This document shows positions 1-7,300 of a stretch of 13,756 nt of DNA, in pieces. Source of the DNA: Candidatus Sumerlaeia bacterium (GTDB lineage Bacteria; Sumerlaeota; Sumerlaeia; SLMS01); NCBI GenBank assembly GCA_038208905.1, contig JBBQYG010000106.1, positions 1 to 13,756 of the forward strand. The letters run 5' to 3'. The position numbers were made by a program, and so were the translations under genes. The first letter of the stretch is position 1; each line of letters begins with the position of its first letter. The notes beneath the pieces are model-generated. The model was not told where the DNA came from. It did no database searches and saw nothing but the letters and a program-made list of their open reading frames with translations.

Positions 1-2
1 CA

Positions 3-147
3 TAGAGCGGTTCTCGAAAGTCTTGTCGCGATGGAGGACGCCGTAAAAGAGTATCGTGGGCATCTTGCCCGCGTGTGGGGGCGACGGGGCTCGGGCGAGA
101 CGCCCAAGCTACGTTGGAATACGACAGGACTTTCGAGAGTCACTCTA
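3..147. mobile_element. MITE-like element with 26-bp imperfect terminal inverted repeats, TA at both ends
   Basis: 3-28 TAGAGCGGTTCTCGAAAGTCTTGTCG is complementary to 122-147 CGACAGGACTTTCGAGAGTCACTCTA at 22/26 positions. Both ends terminate in TA. No credible gene inside and no transposase in the window. Confidence 0.6.
51..112. repeat. Inverted REP-like doublet (REPIN-like, GTAG-type)
   Basis: 51-71 GTATCGTGGGCATCTTGCCCG matches the reverse complement of 92-112 (GTAGCTTGGGCGTCTCGCCCG) at 17/21. Each unit has its own hairpin (GGGCA-TCT-TGCCC; GGGCG-AGA-CGCCC) preceded by GTAT/GTAG. Confidence 0.65.
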
Positions 148-162
148 ATACCCCGCGACTCC

Positions 163-226
163 GCATTCCGAATGCCATTGACAAGCGCGGTGTTTTTTCA
201 TACCTATTTTATAAAAGAGCAAAGTA
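163..226 (+). promoter_or_regulatory. Putative sigma70-type promoter/operator region of the pilin-gal operon
   Basis: Perfect TTGACA at 178-183, but only a weak -10 (TACCTA, 201-206) at 17-nt spacing. Palindromes GCATTC-C-GAATGC (163-175) and TTTTATAAAA (207-216). AT-rich island in GC-rich DNA. RBS GGAG at 262-265. Confidence 0.5.
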
Positions 227-274
227 AATTACCCGTCACCATCGACCCTGCCCCCCCCTCCGGAGAACCCGCCC

Positions 275-847
275 ATGCGCCGCGCCTTTACCCTTATCGA
301 GCTTCTCATCGTCGTCGCGATCATCGCGATCCTGGCCGCCATCGCCGTTCCAAATTTTCTGGAGGCCCAGACCCGTTCCAAGGTCAGCCGCGCCCAGGCG
401 GATAACCGGACGATTGCCACCGCGGTGGAGGCCTACATGGTGGACAACAACCGCTACATGCCGTTTGCCGTTCCCGTGCGCGGGCTCATCGGCGAGCAGC
501 AGCTTTACCTCCTTACCTCGCCCATCGCCTACATTACCAGCGTCCCGGCCGACGTCTTCCAGTCCTCCAAGCCGACGCTCTCGACCAACGCCTCCAAGAA
601 CTTCAGCGAATTCTATGGCCCGATCCCGCGCTACTACGTCTATTCCGACAGTACCTTCCTACTCAACGGCAGGACGGGCTGGTCGGTCCGCTGCATGGGG
701 CCCGACACGGACTTCGACTTGGTGGGCCATGTGCCCGACAACGACACCGCGGTGCCAGAGAATGGGAAGTACGACCCGACCAACGGCACGCTCTCCAACG
801 GCGATGTCCTGCGCGCCGGCGGCGGCGTCACGTTCTTCAATAGCTAA
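275..847 (+). CDS. Prepilin-type N-terminal cleavage/methylation protein (GspG/type IV pilin-like), 190 aa
   Basis: MRRA|FTLIELLIVVAIIAILAAIAVP class III signal with E5. GspG-like helix RSKVSRAQADNRTIATAVEAYMVDN, then LTSPIAYITSVPADVF, GPDTD and C-terminal YDPTNGTLSNGD. RBS present. Confidence 0.93.
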   Translation: MRRAFTLIELLIVVAIIAILAAIAVPNFLEAQTRSKVSRAQADNRTIATAVEAYMVDNNRYMPFAVPVRGLIGEQQLYLLTSPIAYITSVPADVFQSSKPTLSTNASKNFSEFYGPIPRYYVYSDSTFLLNGRTGWSVRCMGPDTDFDLVGHVPDNDTAVPENGKYDPTNGTLSNGDVLRAGGGVTFFNS

Positions 848-859
848 GGAATCGCTCCC

Positions 860-1966
860 GTGCCCCCACACACCAGATTCCGCCTTGGCGTCATCGGCCT
901 TGGCGACATGGGCAGCGGCCACTGCCGCGGATTTCACGGGCTCCCCAACTGCGAGATCGTGGGCATCGCCGATCCCGACGAGGGGAAGCTCCGCGTGCAG
1001 GAGTTTCCCTGGGGCGACGCGCCGCCGCCGTTCTTTCGCGACCACCGCGAGATGATTGCGAAGACGCGCCCCGACGCCTGCGTGGTTGTGGTGCCCGATC
1101 ACCTCCATCGCGCCGTGTGCGAGGACGTGATCGAGGCCGGCTGCGACGTGTTCCTCGAAAAGCCCATGGCGACGAACATCGGGGACACCGACGCGATCAT
1201 CGCAAAGGCCCGCGCGGCGAATCGCATCCTGCAAATCGGATTGGTCTATCGGTACTCCAACTTCTATCGCCGCATGGCCGACATCGGGCGCGAGCCCGGG
1301 CACGAGACCATGCTGATGTGGTGCAAGGAACTCCGCCAGTGCTTTCCCCAGCGCCCGTGGTTCTACAGCCAGGCGATGACCGGCGGCAGCATCGTGGAGA
1401 AGGACTGCCACCACTTCGACATTTTCAACTGGGTGATCGGCTCGGAGCCCATCCGCGTCTTCGCCAGCGGAGGTCAGCACGTGTGGAAGCCGGGTTCGAC
1501 CATCGCGTGCGGCTATTGTCCCGATCCGCCGCGCCGCATCGACGAGATTGACACCGTGGACCACGCCATCGTCACGGTGGACTATCGCAACGGCGCCAAG
1601 GCGAGCCTGATCCTGTGCATGTACTTGCAGCCCCAGAACGTGATGCCCGAGGGGCTTGAGATCGGCGGCATCGCGAGGAGCGGGCGGCAGTTCTGCGGAT
1701 ACGGCGACGCGCGCCTCGGCGTGGGCGGGCTCGGCCAGCCGTTCGAGTGGGAGGAGATCGACATGGTCTCCGACAACGACGGCATCGGCCACATCGGCTG
1801 CCAGGAGCAGCGGCGCGACTTCCTGCGCTGTCTGGAAACGCGCAAGGAGCCCTTTGCGAACTGGAAGGTCGGGCGCGATTCGCTGGTCGTCGCGCTGGCG
1901 GCGGAGAAGTCGATCCAGACGGGCCAGCCCGTCGACCTCTCGGAGTATGCCCCATGTCCCGCATGA
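860..1966 (+). CDS. Gfo/Idh/MocA family NAD(P)-dependent oxidoreductase, 368 aa
   Basis: GTG start with AAGGA RBS. Rossmann motif LGVIGLGDMG, VVVPDHLH, VFLEKPMA, LQIGLVYRY, GGSIVEKDCHHFD, and C-terminal ALAAEKSIQTGQPV. Confidence 0.93.
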   Translation: MPPHTRFRLGVIGLGDMGSGHCRGFHGLPNCEIVGIADPDEGKLRVQEFPWGDAPPPFFRDHREMIAKTRPDACVVVVPDHLHRAVCEDVIEAGCDVFLEKPMATNIGDTDAIIAKARAANRILQIGLVYRYSNFYRRMADIGREPGHETMLMWCKELRQCFPQRPWFYSQAMTGGSIVEKDCHHFDIFNWVIGSEPIRVFASGGQHVWKPGSTIACGYCPDPPRRIDEIDTVDHAIVTVDYRNGAKASLILCMYLQPQNVMPEGLEIGGIARSGRQFCGYGDARLGVGGLGQPFEWEEIDMVSDNDGIGHIGCQEQRRDFLRCLETRKEPFANWKVGRDSLVVALAAEKSIQTGQPVDLSEYAPCPA

Positions 1967-3024
1967 CCAATCCAATTCCGCTGCGCGTTTCCGCTCCGGG
2001 GCGGATCTGCCTCTTTGGCGAGCACCAGGACTACCTTGGCCTTCCCGTGATCGCGGCGGCCATCGACCTGCGCATCGAACTCGCGGCCACTCCGCGCGCC
2101 GATGCGCTGTTCGTTGTCGAGATGCCCGACATCGGCGAACGCCTGGAGCTGGACCCCAACATGGAGAACCGCTATCGCCACGGGCGCGACTACATTCCCG
2201 CGGCGGCGAACGTGCTGCGGCGCGAGGGGCTTTCCTGGGCCACCGGCTACGACGTTACCGTGACGAGCGGTATTCCCATCAACGCGGGGGCGTCGAGTTC
2301 TTCCGCGTTGCAGGTGGCGTGGTGCGCGCTGCTGCTGGCGGCGGCGGGCGATCCGCGCGCGGGCGACGCGGAGTCCATCGCGCGTGTCGCGCATCAGTCG
2401 GAGGTCACCGAATTCGATTCCCCCGGCGGCATGATGGACCATTTCTCCTCGGCGGTTGGCGGCGCGATCTGGCTGGACTGCCGTCCACCCTATGCGGTGA
2501 CGGACCTGCCCGCGTGGATGGGCGAGTTTGTGCTGGTGGAGTCGGGAATCCCCAAGGACACCAACGGCGTTCTGGGCGAGAAGCGGCGTCGCGCGGAATC
2601 ACTTGGCGCGGAGCAATTGCTCGACAACGCCGACACGTCGCAACTCTCCGCCGCCGACCGCGCGATCCGCGAGGCCGTGGTGCAGAATCGCAAGCTGACG
2701 CTGGCTGCGCGCGCGCTGATCGAGACCAGCGAGGATGCCGACCTGCTGGGCGTCCTCCTCTCCCGCCATCACGATCAGTTGTCGGGGAACCTGGGCGTTT
2801 CGCTGCCGGAGATCGACCGCCTCTTGGCGCGCGGCATTGGGGCGGGTGCGCTGGGGGGAAAGATCAACGGATCGGGATGCGGCGGATCGTTCTTTCTGAT
2901 GTGCCCGGGCCAGGGCGCGCGGATTGCGGCGCTGTATCGCGGCGTCGGCCTCTCGGCGCACGTTGTCAGGATCGGAAAAGGCGTGGCCGTGGAAGCAGAT
3001 CAACGGATGGAGCTGACATCATGA
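1963..3024 (+). CDS. galK: Galactokinase-like GHMP sugar kinase, about 353 aa (alternative start 1954)
   Basis: APGRICLFGEHQDY (galactokinase GRxNLxGEHxDY signature), IPINAGASSSSA ATP loop, GGMMDH, GALGGKINGSGCGG. ATGA overlap with the upstream stop. Exact substrate is uncertain. Confidence 0.85.
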   Translation: MTNPIPLRVSAPGRICLFGEHQDYLGLPVIAAAIDLRIELAATPRADALFVVEMPDIGERLELDPNMENRYRHGRDYIPAAANVLRREGLSWATGYDVTVTSGIPINAGASSSSALQVAWCALLLAAAGDPRAGDAESIARVAHQSEVTEFDSPGGMMDHFSSAVGGAIWLDCRPPYAVTDLPAWMGEFVLVESGIPKDTNGVLGEKRRRAESLGAEQLLDNADTSQLSAADRAIREAVVQNRKLTLAARALIETSEDADLLGVLLSRHHDQLSGNLGVSLPEIDRLLARGIGAGALGGKINGSGCGGSFFLMCPGQGARIAALYRGVGLSAHVVRIGKGVAVEADQRMELTS

Positions 3025-4382
3025 AGCGAATCTTGGCGGCAATTGCAGTCGTTGTCTCGGCGGTTTCCCCATCGTGGGGCGCGGGGATGAAGTGGCTGGC
3101 GCCGGGCGAGGCGGCGAAGATCACGGGGAAGGCGATCTACTACTTCCGCCAGGATCAGGTGGCACTCTGCATGATTGCGGAGGAGGACGTCTGGACGGAC
3201 CAGCGCGTGATCGCGGCGGCGGGGAGGATGCCATGCGTTCTGATCGATCTCGCCAGCGACAGCGCGACCGGGCTTGCCCGCGAGCACGGTGTCCTGGTGG
3301 TGCCGACCACGCTCCTCGTCGAGAACGGCAAGGAGATCGGGCGGCTCTCTCGCAGCACGAGGCCCGAGGAGTACGTGGCGCTGGCCGAAGGCAAACCCAT
3401 CGCCGCCACGCCCATGCCCGCCGCGCCATCGACCACCACCGCGCGCGTTGTAGAGGCCGCCGATCCCACCGGAGACGGCGCGCCCGCGCCTCTGGACATC
3501 ACGATGGTGAAGGGCGCGATCACTGCGGAGGGGATCAACCTGGAGCTGACGCTGGCAGGGCCCGTGAACACGAGCTTCGCCGCGGCCTACAACTTCTTCC
3601 TCGATGCGGACCAGAGCGAGGCCACCGGCCATGCGGGCGCCGCGTTCAAGGGCGCCGACTTCCTGGTGCAGGGCGCCACGGTGTTCCGCTTCAACGGCAA
3701 GACGCAGGAAGAGTGGGGCTGGGAGCAGATCGGCGCCGCCAAGAATAACGCCGCGGGAAATACCGTCCGCGTGGCGATTCCCGCCCGCCTGATTCCTCCC
3801 TCGCCCGCGCCGTTTGTCTATGCATGCAGCCAGAACGAGCAGTGGACGACGATCGACTGGGCCCCGGCGACGGCGCGGCTGTCGCTGGCCGGAGTCGCCG
3901 CGATCGTGCCCGTGGCCGCGGCGCCCGCGGCGCCGGGCGCCGAGTTCAAGGACGCCGCCGGCGACGGGCCCGGCTCCGAGGATCTCCTTGGCGCTGCGGT
4001 TTCCTCCTCGGGCGACAATCTCGCGATTCGCCTCTCCTTTTCGGCCCCGCCCGTTGTCGAGCGCCAGCACGTGTTCATCGACGCCGACAAGGTCGAGCCA
4101 ACCGGCTACAGCGACGGCGCGCGCAACGGCGCCGATTTCATGATCGAGGGCAACACGCTCTATCGCCACAAGGGGGGCTCCACCGGATGGGATTGGAACA
4201 GCCTGGGCGCCGTGGAGTTCAAGATCGAGGGGAACACGGGCACCTATACGGTTCCGCGCTCGCGCATCGGCGCCAAGGCGGGCGCGGCGATCAAGCTGTG
4301 GTTCACGACGACCGGCGCCGATTGGGCCCCGGCGGATTTCCTTCCCGACGCGGGAACGGTGGAGCTTGTGATTCCCCAATGA
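3021..4382 (+). CDS. Secreted protein, 453 aa: signal peptide, thioredoxin-like fold lacking CxxC, P/A/T linker, two tandem DOMON/CBM9-like domains
   Basis: ATG 3021 overlaps the galK stop. Signal MKRILAAIAVVVSAVSPSWG. LAREHGVLVVPTTLLVENGKEIGRL resembles a thioredoxin C-terminal half. Repeats share DxxGDG, F[LI]DAD...TG[HY], GADF[LM][VI][QE]G and WxW..[IL]G. Confidence 0.8.
   Translation: MKRILAAIAVVVSAVSPSWGAGMKWLAPGEAAKITGKAIYYFRQDQVALCMIAEEDVWTDQRVIAAAGRMPCVLIDLASDSATGLAREHGVLVVPTTLLVENGKEIGRLSRSTRPEEYVALAEGKPIAATPMPAAPSTTTARVVEAADPTGDGAPAPLDITMVKGAITAEGINLELTLAGPVNTSFAAAYNFFLDADQSEATGHAGAAFKGADFLVQGATVFRFNGKTQEEWGWEQIGAAKNNAAGNTVRVAIPARLIPPSPAPFVYACSQNEQWTTIDWAPATARLSLAGVAAIVPVAAAPAAPGAEFKDAAGDGPGSEDLLGAAVSSSGDNLAIRLSFSAPPVVERQHVFIDADKVEPTGYSDGARNGADFMIEGNTLYRHKGGSTGWDWNSLGAVEFKIEGNTGTYTVPRSRIGAKAGAAIKLWFTTTGADWAPADFLPDAGTVELVIPQ
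3459..4376 (+). repeat. Protein-level tandem duplication of a ~140-aa domain (about 3459-3885 and 3948-4376)
   Basis: FFLDADQSEATGH...GADFLVQGATVFRFNG...WGWEQIG aligns with VFIDADKVEPTGY...GADFMIEGNTLYRHKG...WDWNSLG. An Ala/Pro linker separates the copies. Confidence 0.85.
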
Positions 4383-7300
4383 TCATGCGCCGCCCGATCT
4401 ACGCCCTCGCCGCCGCGATGGTCATGGCCTCCGCGATTCCGGCGGAGATTTCCCTCCAGCAGAAGGGGAACCAGATATACATCGTCCGCGATGGAGTCCT
4501 CGTCTCCCAGCGTCCCGCGCGCTTCGTGGTGCAGGAGTGGCAACGCCGCCAGGCCGACGCCCCCGCCAACGCTGCGCGGGCCGGTGTTGGGTCCATCGTG
4601 GAGACCGACGCGCTGGAATCGGTGCTTCTCTCTCCGGCCAATGACGCATGGACCGAAGAGCCTGTCTCCGTCATTGTCGGGGAAGGCAACGTCTATACAC
4701 AGGAACTCGTCTTTCCGCGAGAGCTTTCGGTCACAGCCGAATGGTCCGCGGAGAACGGAGGCGTCCGCGTGAGGGGCAAGGTGCGCAACCTTTCCACCAC
4801 GGCGGAGCGGCGCGAGATTCCGATCACATTCTCGCTCGCGATTCCCGTCGATGGAGAATCGCTGACGTGGCTGGCCGACAATCATCGAAGCGAGGCCATC
4901 GAGGGCACGACCGAGATCCTCAACACCGTGGCCACCATGGCGGGCCCTCGCGGCGCGATGTCGCGCTATCCCTTTGCCGCCATCGCGGGGGATCGGCAGC
5001 TAGCCGTGGGGATGCCGCTGGATCAGCCGCGCATCCAGCGCCTGCTGTGGGATGGCAAGCACCGCGCGCTGGTGGCGGAGGTTGACGTGACGATCAGCCC
5101 CGACACGGAGAAGTTCCCCGGCTATGTTCCATTCGATTTCATGCTCTTCGATTTCGAGGCGGAATTCGGCTTTCGCTCCGTCGCCAACGCCTACTACGCG
5201 CTGAATCCCGATTCCTATTCCACCCGCATCGACTATCAGGGCCAATGGATGCCCTTCACCCAGATCGACAGTGTCCAGCGCGCCGAGGATTTTCGCTTCG
5301 CGTTTCACGAGTACCACCCCAATGTCTCCGTCGCCTACAACACCGCGCAGGGGATCGAGTCGCTGGTCTATTGCGAGCCGCCGGTGCAGTACATCAACGT
5401 TGCGGCGAATGTGCCGAAGGAGCTGGCTTCGCTCCTTGGGATTCTCGATGGCATGGGGAACACGCAGGGCTCCCAGGTGCGGGGCTCGGGGACGTGGGAC
5501 CGCTCGGGTAACCTTCAGGCCGCGTGGGTGGAGACGCCGTGGGCCGTGGGCGCGCGCGTGCCCACCAACGGCGATCCCGAACTGCCGCGCACCGCGCGCA
5601 ACCCGCACAACAGCTTCGACGCCAACTGGCTGCCCTATCGCGACCTGTGGCAGCGCCGCGCAGAGGACCAGCCCGCCGCGTGGAATGGCGGGCGCATCAT
5701 GGAGGGGGTGGTCGGCGCCTCGGGCCGCGCGCTGAACCTGCGCGCGGGCGAAAGCAGCGAACTCGTCCTCTCCAACGCCGCCGACCTCAAGCTCTCGATC
5801 ACCGCCATGGGCGCGCCCGGCGCAACGGTACGCGTGGGGATCGGCGACGCAGCGCAGGCGTTTCCGCTCTCGCGCAGCTTCGCCGCGCTGGAGTTCGCCG
5901 CTTCCGCCGCGCCGGGGGCGTCGCTCCGACTCACCGCCCAGGGCGGCGATGTCTATATAGACAGCATCACGGGAGCAGACGCCGCCCTCGCCAATGCGCA
6001 GTTCGACGCAGGGCGTCTCGATGAGGAGGCTGTGACAGGGCTGTATCTCGACAGCTTCGAGGGATGGGATTCCAAGGACCTGAATTTCCGGCGCGAGCAC
6101 TTCGCCACGTCGGACTATCCGCTGACCTTCGATGCGCGCACGGGCGAAACGGCGCAGGTCATCATGATGCACAATTTCGAACTCGCCGCCGAGGCGCGCC
6201 GCCGCCTTCACGCGCGCGGCGACCTGCTGATGGCCAACACGGCCCTCTATCAGTGGTCGTGGAGCGCCCACTTCCTCGACGTGCTTGGCATCGAGACCTC
6301 CTGGGGAGAGGGCGAGCGCATTGTGCCGCCCAAGATCGCCGATCTCGACTACCTGCGCACGATGCTCTATCACAAGCCCTACTGCTATTTGCAGAATCTG
6401 CGCTTCGACATGTTCCGCGGCCAGAAGGTGGAGGACTACTTCGCCCGCTGCCTGCACTATGGGATGTGGCCGAGCTTCTTCAGCTTCAACGCCGCCGAGG
6501 AGCCCTATTGGCAGAACCCCGGTCTATACAACGCCGACCGCGCCTACTTCCTCACGTTCATGGAGCCCCAGGGCCGCATGACGCGCGGCGGGTGGGAGCC
6601 TATCACGCTGGCCGCGTCGGCGAACAGGGAACTGCTGGTCGAGCGATGGGGAGGCGGCGCGTGGAAGGGAGAGCCGCTCTCCGCGGAGTCCTTCTACATC
6701 AGTATCTACAACCCCAGCGAACGGATGCAGTCCGGCGATTTGCGCGCGGATGCTCGGCTCACGGCGGAGACTGCCTATCTCGTGCTGGACGCACTGACCG
6801 GGCGCAGCGTGGAGAACCTCCTTGGCCGCGATGGATCGGTGCCCGTGCGGTTGAGGTCGCTCGGCGTGTCGTCGCTGTGGTTCGTCGCGCGGACGGAGGT
6901 CGCGCTGGGATCGGTGCTTCGGCAGGAGGTCGGCGAATTGCTCCGCCTCTCGGGGAAGTATCAGCGCTATGGCTTGATCGACGCGGCGACCGTTGCCGCG
7001 CTGAAGTCGGCGCTGGCTGCCGCGACACCGTCGGAGAGCGAGAAGGAAATTGCCAAGCTGCTGTCCACCGTGGGCGGCGAATACCGCGCCGAGATCGAGC
7101 GCTCCTATAGCACGTGGCGCATCGCGTCCGCCGCGTTGGAGGAAGTCCGCGGCGGCAAGGTGGAACCCATCGCGCTCCCGCGGAGCATTGCGCGCGGCGT
7201 GGAGTATCGCATTCAGGCGCCCGCCAGTTCTCCCGTTGAACTTGAACTGAAAGTCACCACCTCCGCCGGGGAGCATAACATCGCATTTCGCGATGGCGTG

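Noticed and set aside
1..3. CAT as the start of a divergent gene
   Set aside because: At the window edge with no RBS; cannot be assessed.
31..405. 124-aa ORF spanning the repeat element and promoter
   Set aside because: Overlaps the pilin out of frame, crosses the inverted repeats and the AT-rich promoter, and has no recognisable motif.
1656..3020. N-terminal extension of the 908-aa ORF (and 1747-1953 of the kinase ORF)
   Set aside because: Arg/Gly-rich off-frame read-through of real genes. The signal peptide and ATGA overlap place the start at 3021.
3824..4378. N-terminal extensions of the 1449-aa ORF (and 8011-8169 of the GalT ORF)
   Set aside because: They overlap the upstream genes in another frame. 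The true starts are marked by ATGA overlaps and a signal peptide.
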